DNA of 64,000 bases. It comes from a virus. The stretch lies in IMG/VR virus record IMGVR_UViG_3300017917_002765, positions 72,576-136,575 of that record. One strand, written 5' to 3'. Position 1 is the stretch's first letter; every line of letters starts with the position of its first letter. Both the position numbers and the translations under genes were made by a program. A model generated the notes under the pieces. That model made no database searches. It saw only the letters and a list, made by a program, of their open reading frames with translations, and was not told the DNA's origin. Positions 34,972 through 44,922 of the stretch are shown here, piece by piece.

Positions 34972-37900
34972 GTTAATATCTTAGTAATTTCACAACCAAC
35001 ATTGTCAGTTATTTTTATTGTTAAAGGATTAAAAGTACTTTGAATTGTTGCAACATTGTTATTAATACTAACAGTATTTTGTTGAGTTGATGTTACGTTA
35101 TATGAACCTATACCACCATTAATAGTTACCGTATAAGTGTATAAACCAGTATTGTTGTTAAATATTTTGGTATGTGTTGCTGATAAGGCAGCGCTTGGTC
35201 TTCTTATTGAATTATACTCTATACTGTTACTCCTACAATTTCCATTGCCAACTAGTCTAAATGTTATTGAATTTGATATGTAAGCTGAAATATTAAAACT
35301 CATTATCTGTCCAGGTGTTGTATACAACCCATTACTTTGAATTGAAAACCATGTAGGGTCTGCGTCTAATCTATACTCAATATCCTTCAAAGAATTAACT
35401 ACACCAGCATCTGTTGCAATAAAAGATATTTTATATGTATTAGGGTCGCATTGTTTATAAACTAAAGTGTTAGCAGCTGGGTCAATTTGTAGCGGTTGTG
35501 GAGTCGAAATTGTTGAAATAACTCTAAATATTTGTGGTGGGTTTGAACTATCGCTAACTCTTGATGAATATTGACCTGGTAATAATCCAGTCATAGTTGC
35601 TGAATTACTATAAAATGTAGTGTCTGTTATACCAGTGGTTTCAAAAAAATAAATTGAACGACCACCAGTGACAGTTAAAGTTATTTCACCATCAGGTGTA
35701 TTTGGACAAGAAGCATCTTTTTTGGTTGGAGTGACTGTTAATGTTGTTATTCCATTAATGGTTAAACCAGTTGTTATACATTGTTTATTTTCTGAATCAC
35801 TAATAACAACTTTATATGTACCTATAGGTAAATTAGTTATTGTAGCTGGTGATTGAATTGGGTTAGCTAGAGATGTTTGTATTGGATTATTGTTTGAATC
35901 ATATAAATTATAAGTATATGGTGGCACACCACCAATTATATTATATATAGTTATCTCTCCATCAACTGTTGTTAAAGATGCTACATCACTAGATACACTT
36001 ACCAAACATTCTAATGGTTGAGGACCAGAAACTGATACTGTTTTAGAAAAAGGATAACCTAATGAATCAACACCAGTAATAACGTATGTTCCAGAACACA
36101 GACCGTTAAGTGGTGATATTGGAAGAGTTTCTGTATTACCACTATGATAATATGGTTGTTGTGGAACACCATTTATATTAGTATTATTACTCGTAACAGT
36201 ATAATAATATGGTGCTTCACCACCAACAAAATCTAGTATTATTTGACCATTACATCCTACACTTGACGGAGTTATTGTTGTTAATACAGAAATATTTGAA
36301 GATGTAACAATAGGACATGGATTAAAATATCTAAAATTCATCTTAGATAAGGCTGTTTTACCTGGAACCATACCAAAAAACATAAAGTATGAATGTTTTG
36401 GTTGAACATAATAATTGTCTGATGTATAACCTCTAAAATTAGCGTAATCACGACCATTATCACTTATTGAAGAAAAATCATAAACTCCTCGTCTATTTAT
36501 ATTAAAATTAGTGTCAATACCAATTGGTAATAAATATCTAGTTGGAAAAGATTGGTTTCTATTAATATATGTATAAGTATCTCTAAACTGTAAATTAAAG
36601 TCAGATATTTCCTCAACACTTATTGTACCATCAGCCTCTTTTAAAACAATATTTGTTTGGTCATCAAAAATAGCAGTATCAACATCAACACCAAATTCAC
36701 ATATGTGTCTTAAATTTAAACATTGTTGGCTGTTAACATGTAAACCACCACAATTAATATCAAAAAATAAACCATTTGTTTCATTAATAGTTACCATTCC
36801 ACTTTCAACCAAAGCATAACTACCATCTGGTTGTTGTTCTATTACACCAGTTTCTGTTGGTAATTTATATGTGGTTTCAACTAAAAAATCTTGTAATTTT
36901 GGATAACCTTGCCAATCACAATTAAGCACTGAACCTAAACAAATAATATCTGTTGCAAACAATCTAAAATTAGTGCTATGTGTTGTTGATGCATAATATA
37001 ATTCATCTTCGTATTTTTTTACTAATCCTTCTCGTATTTTTACATCTCTAGTTTCTTTTTGACAATCTTGTGTAAAAACAGGATTATCACCACATTTAAA
37101 ACACGTATCTAGTAATTCTTGGTTCCAGCAAAAATTATCTGGTATACCATTTTTATTACCATCTGCACCAGTATAATTAGGGTCACTAGTGAAGTCTCTA
37201 CAATCATATTCACAAAATTTCTCAGCACCTTTTCTTCTTTTTTTATATTTTAATAAAAAATAATATAATGTACCTACTATCCAATCATTATAGAAATCAA
37301 ACTTAAAAATATTTAAAGCAACTGCCATTTGAAAAGACCAACAATCATCTAAACCAACTAATATATTTTCACTACAACTACCATTAAAATCATCTCCACA
37401 ATAATATGTTAAATTAGAACCATTAAGATTACTTTGATTAAAACCATTAGAACCCCTTCTACATCCTGGTGCAAATCTAACACCGCTATCTGCTGGACAC
37501 TCAACAGATATACAAGGTATATAATCTGGTTTATTTATTCCAAAACCAAAACTATTTAAAAAATCAATAATACCATTTATTATACTTATTATACCATTTA
37601 TTATAGCAATAATAGTTATATTTATTAAATATATAATAAAACCAACTATACTTATCAATATACAAAGTAATGTAAATATCGGATTGATATCTGTGTCTAT
37701 TCTATTATATGGAAAAGGATTTCTACTACCAACACAAGCATCAACATCTTTCATACCAATCATGTTCCTATTGTTGGCTGCTCTAACTTGTTTCTGATAT
37801 CTTGGTATAAAATTAGAAATTGTATATATTTTATTCCAATATAAATTTTTAAAACTACTATCTTTAGTATTTTCGTCAAAATTATAATCTATTTCGTTAC

Positions 37901-39050
37901 GATTTTGTGGATTATTAGGTACCAAATATTTTGCTCTAGTCCTAAGCTTTCCTTCACCACCAGTTTCATCCATTGATATTCTAAACCTTACATCGGCTCT
38001 AGTTGGTACACCTTCATTTTGGTCTGCTGATGGGATAGTATTACCAGTTTCATCAGTAATAACATAATCTAAATTCATTGGAATTTGAAAAGCCCAAGTT
38101 CCGTCTTCATCAATTACTTTTCCACCTTCAACACTAAATTCTTCAATTTGTCCATCAATATTTTTTCTTATCATTTCAATCGTACCAGCACCAACAGTTT
38201 GTTCACAAACCTTACCAATATTTATTAAAGGACGACATAGTTGCGTTAAGTTGTTTTTTTCATTATCACCATATAAACTACCCATAAAAATAGCTGTTGG
38301 TGTTACGATAAAATTCAAATCTACATCAGCTCTGGTTATACCAATTTCACAATTATCCATATCACCCCAAAATGGTTGTACATTAATACCAATATTGGTC
38401 GATTTTATTTGTGGTAATTTATCTAAGTTCGTATTTTTTTTAAATTTTGTAGAAGTTTCAAATTGTTTTGGTGAATAACCTTGTCTTATGAAATCATATG
38501 GTCTTTGTGAAATGGCTCCAGCATCTGATAAATCAACATCAACATGTAAAATGTGTGTTCCAACTGGAACACCAAAAATCATAAAATCCCCAGCGTTATT
38601 AGTTGTACTGGTAAATTTGTAATACTTACAATAAACTTCTTGAACTACTTCATTATCTAATATTTCACGTTTATTAGGTAAAGTTCCAACCGATGTAAAA
38701 CATTCATTGTCAATAGATGGTTCTTTAGGTAAAACATTATATCTAATACCCTCATTATTTGTATCTGTTACAACTTCATAAGGATATAAATTTTTTATTA
38801 CACTATTGTTTTTATCTATATCGTCTATTGGTATGAAAACACTAACTTTAGCATTTGGTACACCAAAACCACTATTAACAATTACTCTACCAACAACAAC
38901 ACCATAATCAGAACAAAAATTTTGATAAGCTTCTTCTTGTGTTACTTTTAATGACAATATTTCAATAAAATCAAATTCTTGGTCTAATTTTAATTTTAAA
39001 TATTTATCACCTCCATTTGGTGTTGTTTTTATTCTTATTGAATTTGGCAT
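34968..39050 (-). CDS. Large baseplate/tail protein with hydrophobic segment, Cys-rich middle and C-terminal SprB-like repeats
   Basis: N-terminal GVVVGRV...GVPNAKVSVF prealbumin-like fold; hydrophobic stretch at about aa 458-500; repeats G.I.....GG.(A/P)PY.Y...L..GTY.V...D. Confidence 0.7.
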   Translation of the reverse strand: MPNSIRIKTTPNGGDKYLKLKLDQEFDFIEILSLKVTQEEAYQNFCSDYGVVVGRVIVNSGFGVPNAKVSVFIPIDDIDKNNSVIKNLYPYEVVTDTNNEGIRYNVLPKEPSIDNECFTSVGTLPNKREILDNEVVQEVYCKYYKFTSTTNNAGDFMIFGVPVGTHILHVDVDLSDAGAISQRPYDFIRQGYSPKQFETSTKFKKNTNLDKLPQIKSTNIGINVQPFWGDMDNCEIGITRADVDLNFIVTPTAIFMGSLYGDNEKNNLTQLCRPLINIGKVCEQTVGAGTIEMIRKNIDGQIEEFSVEGGKVIDEDGTWAFQIPMNLDYVITDETGNTIPSADQNEGVPTRADVRFRISMDETGGEGKLRTRAKYLVPNNPQNRNEIDYNFDENTKDSSFKNLYWNKIYTISNFIPRYQKQVRAANNRNMIGMKDVDACVGSRNPFPYNRIDTDINPIFTLLCILISIVGFIIYLINITIIAIINGIISIINGIIDFLNSFGFGINKPDYIPCISVECPADSGVRFAPGCRRGSNGFNQSNLNGSNLTYYCGDDFNGSCSENILVGLDDCWSFQMAVALNIFKFDFYNDWIVGTLYYFLLKYKKRRKGAEKFCEYDCRDFTSDPNYTGADGNKNGIPDNFCWNQELLDTCFKCGDNPVFTQDCQKETRDVKIREGLVKKYEDELYYASTTHSTNFRLFATDIICLGSVLNCDWQGYPKLQDFLVETTYKLPTETGVIEQQPDGSYALVESGMVTINETNGLFFDINCGGLHVNSQQCLNLRHICEFGVDVDTAIFDDQTNIVLKEADGTISVEEISDFNLQFRDTYTYINRNQSFPTRYLLPIGIDTNFNINRRGVYDFSSISDNGRDYANFRGYTSDNYYVQPKHSYFMFFGMVPGKTALSKMNFRYFNPCPIVTSSNISVLTTITPSSVGCNGQIILDFVGGEAPYYYTVTSNNTNINGVPQQPYYHSGNTETLPISPLNGLCSGTYVITGVDSLGYPFSKTVSVSGPQPLECLVSVSSDVASLTTVDGEITIYNIIGGVPPYTYNLYDSNNNPIQTSLANPIQSPATITNLPIGTYKVVISDSENKQCITTGLTINGITTLTVTPTKKDASCPNTPDGEITLTVTGGRSIYFFETTGITDTTFYSNSATMTGLLPGQYSSRVSDSSNPPQIFRVISTISTPQPLQIDPAANTLVYKQCDPNTYKISFIATDAGVVNSLKDIEYRLDADPTWFSIQSNGLYTTPGQIMSFNISAYISNSITFRLVGNGNCRSNSIEYNSIRRPSAALSATHTKIFNNNTGLYTYTVTINGGIGSYNVTSTQQNTVSINNNVATIQSTFNPLTIKITDNVGCEITKILT

Positions 39051-39064
39051 TACTAATTACTTTC

Positions 39065-39409
39065 CTATTTTGTTATTTCTTCTGATTGTAATAAAATAAC
39101 ATCACTTTCTGTTAATTCATTTATTTCATTTGGTGAAAATATTTCATCATCTTCATCTTCTTTTTCTTTAAATTTATTACCAATAAATGTTAATAAAGGA
39201 AGCAAAGTCACATTTTTATTTAAAATTATTGTTTCAAACATTAACCATATTATGTATAAATTTATTAACGGCAACAAAAGTAACATAATAATAAAACCTA
39301 CTATTTTCAATGTGTATATTAAAATAGTAGTTGAATTAAAAGTTATTTTTTCATCTTTTTTAACCAAATTTTCGTCTGATAAATTATTTTTTTTACAATT
39401 ACAACCCAT
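39065..39409 (-). CDS. Small membrane protein with N-terminal MGCNC motif
   Basis: Probable start MGCNCKK; hydrophobic core; acidic tail. Confidence 0.6.
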   Translation of the reverse strand: MGCNCKKNNLSDENLVKKDEKITFNSTTILIYTLKIVGFIIMLLLLPLINLYIIWLMFETIILNKNVTLLPLLTFIGNKFKEKEDEDDEIFSPNEINELTESDVILLQSEEITK

Positions 39410-39469
39410 AGTTTTCTTTTTAAACTTTATTATTCCCAATTATACACATTTTTATACTATAAGGAAACC

Positions 39470-41290
39470 TTACTTAACCCTAACTTTGATGTCCAACGCT
39501 GGATATTTTATTTCAAACATACTTATTGGGTCTCCGAACAATGTGTAATCATTTGATATATCTATCTGTCTAGTAGAAGCATCAATATATGGTTGTGAAA
39601 TTTCATTAACACTATACTTATCATCACCAACCTTATTGTAAACCCTCAAATCAATTACGTTCAATACACCACCGACATTATTTATAGCCTCAACAAGTGG
39701 TGATAAATAAACGTTATCACCCATTTGAAACTTATTTATATCCATAAAGTTTTGTACTGTTGAAATAACTTGTGTCGCAATCTGTGATTGTGGTGACTTT
39801 TTATCAATAAATAAATCAATTTCAAAAGCTAAGTTAATTATTTTACCATTAGATATTTGAACATAATCATTCATCATACGGTAATCAGCTAAATAAGTAG
39901 CTATATTTTGTTGAAGTGTACTGGTAGAATTATTTGTCAGTTTTGAATTACTATCTAAACCTAAAATATAAACTTTAATTTTATTTTGTTCCTCAAAAAC
40001 ACCACATCTGAATGGTACACCAAATTGGCCTGGCATTAAACCAATTCTTGTTTGATAATCCTTTATTGTTACAGCTCTATTTTGTGAAGAAAAATTATAT
40101 CTAACAAAGTTTCTTAATTCTTCAACACTTGGAGCATCTTTACCACCTAATGCTGGAAAAGCATTGTTTACAGTAATAGAAGCCCTTACTGCCGTGTTTA
40201 TGTTCTGGTTTGGACCATTAACAACCATGTTTATAATACCAGTATTAGTTAATACATTAACACCTAAATTGGTATCAGACCCACCACCAACTCTATACTT
40301 AACAAACATTGTTTCGTTTGCTGTTGGTGTTTCACCTAATGCTGTGTTATTAATAAAATCACCTATTTGGTTTACTAACGCAGTGTTTGTATCAAAATCA
40401 GAAAGACTACTGGTATCTATACTACCACCACCAAATATGATTCTAGTAAAACCTAGGTCAGTATATTCACGAATAAATCTCTTGGTTGTTGTTATCCATT
40501 TTCCAGGTCTAACCCCTGGATTGTCACTTACTTGTGCATTGTCTTCAATAAAAACATCTCCCTCAGCTAAAGCATCAACTTCAAACCATCTATTTTCAAC
40601 ATCTAAAAATTGGTCCAAACTTGGGTCTTTTGTATAATTGGTTCCTTGAAGTGTAATAATTGAATCAATTGACAAAACGTTATCATCTGGTAATATAAGT
40701 TCAAAAAATGGTTTTACATCAACTGGGTTAATAACCTTTTTAAATATTTTCGTAAAACCATTTACTACGATTTCTCTTTTGACTAATGTATAGTTAATCA
40801 AAATATTATTCGAATTGAAGTTTGGAATAATTAATCTATTTGGAATACCACCAATCGTAAAAGGACTTGAGAAATCTATATCATAAGATGTCTCAAATAC
40901 TTTTCCACCACCAATTGCTTGAGCACCAGCTCTAATTAATGGAGCATAAGATATATCAAAAGTGTCACCAAATGGTGGTACTGTAACAGAAAAATCTACA
41001 ATGGTTACACTTGGACGTTTTCCTGGTACCTTTAATCCAAATGTTCTAGCCATTGAAAGAATTGATTTTCTTTCTTGTGCATAATCAATTTGTGTTTCTT
41101 GAAACATTCTATCTGTATTAAAAGATAGCATGTCACCTACGGCAGCATTTAATTCCAATAGCATCATACCCACTGATGCATCATTAAAATCGTTAAAAAT
41201 ATCTGGATAATACTGTCTAACCATATCAACTAGGTCAGACCTTATGTCAGCAAAATTGCGTGATGAATAATTAATACCTTGATTTGCCAT
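39470..41290 (-). CDS. Baseplate wedge subunit (T4 gp6 / baseplate J-like)
   Basis: YSSRNFADIRSDL, DFNDASVGMMLLEL, YRVGGG, GGKDAPSVEELR, QNRAVTIKDY. Confidence 0.88.
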   Translation of the reverse strand: MANQGINYSSRNFADIRSDLVDMVRQYYPDIFNDFNDASVGMMLLELNAAVGDMLSFNTDRMFQETQIDYAQERKSILSMARTFGLKVPGKRPSVTIVDFSVTVPPFGDTFDISYAPLIRAGAQAIGGGKVFETSYDIDFSSPFTIGGIPNRLIIPNFNSNNILINYTLVKREIVVNGFTKIFKKVINPVDVKPFFELILPDDNVLSIDSIITLQGTNYTKDPSLDQFLDVENRWFEVDALAEGDVFIEDNAQVSDNPGVRPGKWITTTKRFIREYTDLGFTRIIFGGGSIDTSSLSDFDTNTALVNQIGDFINNTALGETPTANETMFVKYRVGGGSDTNLGVNVLTNTGIINMVVNGPNQNINTAVRASITVNNAFPALGGKDAPSVEELRNFVRYNFSSQNRAVTIKDYQTRIGLMPGQFGVPFRCGVFEEQNKIKVYILGLDSNSKLTNNSTSTLQQNIATYLADYRMMNDYVQISNGKIINLAFEIDLFIDKKSPQSQIATQVISTVQNFMDINKFQMGDNVYLSPLVEAINNVGGVLNVIDLRVYNKVGDDKYSVNEISQPYIDASTRQIDISNDYTLFGDPISMFEIKYPALDIKVRVK

Positions 41291-41291
41291 A

Positions 41292-41678
41292 TTATATGTT
41301 AATTATTACGAAATCTGTTGTTTCGAAAACGTTATCTGTTATTGTGTAATCTATCCTAACCACAGCAGCGTATTCACTCTCTTCTGATGGTGTTACACTG
41401 ACTTCATTTACTTGTAAGTTAGGTAGATATTTTTTAACTACATTTGTTATTTCTTGTTTTATCCCACTAAGTGTTAATGAATCATTTGGTTCAAAAATAA
41501 ACCTCAATAAATCCGTACCAAAGTCTGGATTGTATAATCTTTGACCCCTTCTGGTTAAAATAAGATGCATTAAATCAGCTTTTATAGCTGACCTATCATC
41601 AGAATTTAGATTTAAGAAAAAACCTTTTGGGCTATTCTTAAATGGATAGTCAATATTTATATATTTTCCTTTAGCCAT
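41292..41678 (-). CDS. Baseplate wedge/sheath initiator (gp25/GPW family)
   Basis: IKADLMHLILTRRGQRLYNPDFGTDLLRFIFEP. Confidence 0.9.
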   Translation of the reverse strand: MAKGKYINIDYPFKNSPKGFFLNLNSDDRSAIKADLMHLILTRRGQRLYNPDFGTDLLRFIFEPNDSLTLSGIKQEITNVVKKYLPNLQVNEVSVTPSEESEYAAVVRIDYTITDNVFETTDFVIINI

Positions 41679-41692
41679 TTGCTTGTTTTTAC

Positions 41693-41700
41693 ATAAATAT
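41693..41700 (-). promoter_or_regulatory. Putative late-promoter motif ATATTTAT heading the baseplate operon
   Basis: Between the nrdA terminator and gp25 ATG. Confidence 0.6.
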
Positions 41701-41735
41701 TATAGCTAAAGATTTTTGTAAGTAAATGTGCAAAT

Positions 41736-41762
41736 AAAAAAGGGCCAATTTAGGCCCTTTTT
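41736..41762 (-). terminator. Intrinsic terminator after nrdA
   Basis: aaaaaaGGGCC-aattta-GGCCCttttt. Confidence 0.85.
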
Positions 41763-41780
41763 ATTATTTTCTATTTTTTT

Positions 41781-43934
41781 TTACGCTGAACAACCAAAAC
41801 ATTCAAATTGACTATCTTTTGGTTTTTTGGTAACCGATACTTGTGTAGTCGCCAATTTTGTATTGGTTTCTAACTTAGATTTGGTTCTAGTATAGTAAAC
41901 ACCAGTTTTCAACCCACCTTTCCAAGCATACATCAAAGCACTAGCAATCTTTGCGTATTTTGCATCAGCATGATAAACGTTTAATGATTGTGATTGGTCT
42001 ACATATTTGTTTCTAATTATAGCTAAATCTAATAAAACCCTTTGTGGTATCTCCCAAACATCTTTATATCTAAATCTTATGTCTTCTGGAATTTCAACAA
42101 TACTTTGAATACTTCCCTTGTTTTTAATAACCTTATCAATCATATCAGAATCCCAAAGTTCGTTTTCAATCAATTCATTAACCAAATATTTGTTAACAAC
42201 CAAGAACTCACCCTGTCCTACACGTCTCGTAAATAGATTGGCTGTTACTGGTTCAAATGATTCAAAAGAACCCAATAATATTGCTGATGAAGCAGTTGGC
42301 ATTAGACCTAATAACAAGCTATTATACATCGGTATAGGTTCTCCAGCTGGTTTTGGTGACCAACCTTCAATATAGGTTTCACCATTAGAATATGGACTAC
42401 CTTCCCAAGATGGATAATTTACACCAAGTTCATCAGCCATAGCCATTGATTCTTCAACAGCTGCCTTATACATGGTTTCAAATATTTCATGCATCCACTT
42501 TTTAGCTTCATCACTTTCAAAGGATATTTTCTTCTTAGCAAAGAAATCAGCCAAACCAGCAACACCAATTGCCAAAGCTCTTTGGTCTAACCCAGCAGAC
42601 ATACTCCAATCATCACTCCATTTGTTCTTATTGATAACTTGATTAAGACCTCTAACCATAACCTTTGTTGATTTCTCAATTGATTTAAGACCGTTATGTT
42701 CGGTTAGATTAATTGAACCTAATGTACATTGCGGAGTGTATCTTGGTTTTGAAGCTTGGAAGACTTCTATACAAAGATTTGATTGTGTAATGGGACCAAT
42801 ATTTGCTTGCATATTACGTCTGTTCGCATTGTCTTTGAACATAACATATGGTCTTCCGCTTTCAACCTGTGCTTTGATAATTGAGTCGAAGATTTCTTTT
42901 GGGTTAATCTTCTTACCTATACCTAAATCAACAGCTTTTTGGTATTCTGTTTCAAATTCTTCACCCCAAATAGTATGAAGAGCTTTTAATCCAGCTTTTT
43001 TGATGTCGTTAGGGCAAAATAAATACCAATCTTCATTCTTTTCCAACTTTTTCATGAATAAGTCGTTGATGATAACAGCAGTAAACAAATCCCTAGTTCT
43101 CAATTGTTCATCACCTATCGGTAATGTAAGTTCCAAGAAATCTAATATGTCTTTATGCCATACTGATAAATAAAGCGCACAGCTACCAGAACGAGAACCT
43201 TGCTTATAAAAACGCATTTTAGATTGAACCATGTCTGCTAAACGAACAACACCACCAGCATTTCCTTGAAATGATTCTACCACGCTATCCTTGCTTCTTA
43301 GTGGGTCTATAAGTAATCCAATACCAGAACCCTCTTTTGATGCCGCAGCTATCTTTGTTAGGGTAGCTTCAATACCTTCAAAAGAATCTTCTTCTAAGTG
43401 TGTTAAATTACAACTAATCATACCGCCTCTTTTTTCAATACCAGCATTGGTATAGATTGGAGTGGCAAAGTTTAATCTTTTAGTTTTAAGTTCTTTTAAT
43501 AATTCATTCTTAGCCTTTTCATCATCACCATGCAAATGACTGGCAACACGCTCATACATACATGATGGTAGTTCAATAGGCGCTTTTGTGTTATCTCTCA
43601 TTGAATATTTTGATAAGAATGTTGTTGCAGCAAAGAAATCATAAGTTAAATCTATTGGTTGAAGTTCTTTTCCTATTAACTTTGATTGTCTACTCAATAA
43701 AATACGACCACCTAATAAAGCATAGTCTGGATGTTGAATTATCTTATCAGCAGCTTTAAACGCAATTATCTCATCAATTTCAGTTGTTGTGATGTTGTCA
43801 GAAATTAAAGGCATAACCTCAAGAAATAGAGCATCAGCATCAACTTTCAATCCAATTGATTGTGCCTTGATTCTACTCAAGATTTTATTAGGCATAAAAG
43901 CCTGTGTTGTTTTATCTCTTTTTACGATTCTCAT
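41781..43934 (-). CDS. nrdA: Ribonucleotide reductase class Ia alpha subunit with ATP cone
   Basis: Likely start MRIVKRD (ATP cone); ATP.Y.NAG; ISC; SNLCIE; CTLGSINL; MPTASS; DQSQS; GVYY; C-terminal CFGC. Confidence 0.95.
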   Translation of the reverse strand: MRIVKRDKTTQAFMPNKILSRIKAQSIGLKVDADALFLEVMPLISDNITTTEIDEIIAFKAADKIIQHPDYALLGGRILLSRQSKLIGKELQPIDLTYDFFAATTFLSKYSMRDNTKAPIELPSCMYERVASHLHGDDEKAKNELLKELKTKRLNFATPIYTNAGIEKRGGMISCNLTHLEEDSFEGIEATLTKIAAASKEGSGIGLLIDPLRSKDSVVESFQGNAGGVVRLADMVQSKMRFYKQGSRSGSCALYLSVWHKDILDFLELTLPIGDEQLRTRDLFTAVIINDLFMKKLEKNEDWYLFCPNDIKKAGLKALHTIWGEEFETEYQKAVDLGIGKKINPKEIFDSIIKAQVESGRPYVMFKDNANRRNMQANIGPITQSNLCIEVFQASKPRYTPQCTLGSINLTEHNGLKSIEKSTKVMVRGLNQVINKNKWSDDWSMSAGLDQRALAIGVAGLADFFAKKKISFESDEAKKWMHEIFETMYKAAVEESMAMADELGVNYPSWEGSPYSNGETYIEGWSPKPAGEPIPMYNSLLLGLMPTASSAILLGSFESFEPVTANLFTRRVGQGEFLVVNKYLVNELIENELWDSDMIDKVIKNKGSIQSIVEIPEDIRFRYKDVWEIPQRVLLDLAIIRNKYVDQSQSLNVYHADAKYAKIASALMYAWKGGLKTGVYYTRTKSKLETNTKLATTQVSVTKKPKDSQFECFGCSA

Positions 43935-43947
43935 TTTTTTTTGTTGT

Positions 43948-44901
43948 TTAAAATTCTTCATCAAAAATTCCATCAGTAGTTACTGGAATATCTACTCTGG
44001 TATATTCACCTTCTCTCTTTTCAAAGAAGTTATTCTTAGATGACAAACCAATTCTTGACATATATTCCAATGGGTTTGAAACCTTAAATTCTCTTTCACA
44101 TCCAAAGTCATTTAAAACAATATCTGTTACATACTGAACATATTTAACCATGTCATTCTTAGTGATACCTTGCAATCCATCAGGCATACTTTCTTCCACA
44201 AATGTTTTTTCTACTTCATAACAACCAAGTATGATATTCCTTAATTCATCTTGAGAAAGCTTGTAATCATCTTTTAAATAATTGTTATATAGATTTATAG
44301 CAAATTCATAATGGAATGTTTCATCTCTAAGAATAAGTTCATTCATTGCAGCTAAACCTGGCATCTTATTTCTACTTCTAAACCAAAAAACACCAGAAAA
44401 TACACTAGAAAACGCAATACCCTCTACACAAGCAAATGCAACAAGTCTATGTGCAAATGATGGGTGTTGTATCCAATTCTCAGCCCAAGCTGCTTTTTTA
44501 GCAACAGCCTGATTACTTTCCATAGAATTAAATAATTCTTCTTTTTCAAGAAGATTTTTTATGAACGTATCTATTAACAAAGAATACCCATTTGCATGAA
44601 CTTGTTCAATAAATGTTTGGTGACCATAAAAATATTGAGCCTCCAATATCTCAACTTCATTTAGAAAGTTGGTTGCTAGATTATCTATAACTAACCCATC
44701 AGATATAGCAAAAAAAGCTAATATGTTTTTAAGATATGTTTTTTCATTTTCTTTTAATTCATCAAACTTATCTTTGCTCAAATCTGTTTCTTCAGCAACC
44801 CAAGTTTGGGATTCCGCTTTTTTATACATTTGCCACAAATCATTATGAATGATTGGGAAAATAGAGTAACGTTTTTTAAGTGTTTTATCTTTTAAATACA
44901 T
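43948..44901 (-). CDS. nrdB: Ribonucleotide reductase class Ia beta subunit
   Basis: WVAEE, FFAISD, EQVHANGYS, VEGIAFS, RDETFH, NFFEKR..EY. Confidence 0.95.
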   Translation of the reverse strand: MYLKDKTLKKRYSIFPIIHNDLWQMYKKAESQTWVAEETDLSKDKFDELKENEKTYLKNILAFFAISDGLVIDNLATNFLNEVEILEAQYFYGHQTFIEQVHANGYSLLIDTFIKNLLEKEELFNSMESNQAVAKKAAWAENWIQHPSFAHRLVAFACVEGIAFSSVFSGVFWFRSRNKMPGLAAMNELILRDETFHYEFAINLYNNYLKDDYKLSQDELRNIILGCYEVEKTFVEESMPDGLQGITKNDMVKYVQYVTDIVLNDFGCEREFKVSNPLEYMSRIGLSSKNNFFEKREGEYTRVDIPVTTDGIFDEEF

Positions 44902-44922
44902 TTTTAATTTTTTTTAATTTTT

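Noticed and set aside
41781-44901. Eukaryotic or giant-virus origin suggested by eukaryote-like NrdA/NrdB
   Set aside because: Sigma-70, bacterial promoters and terminators, endolysins and contractile-tail baseplate genes show this is a bacteriophage; this RNR subtype also occurs in Bacteroidota.
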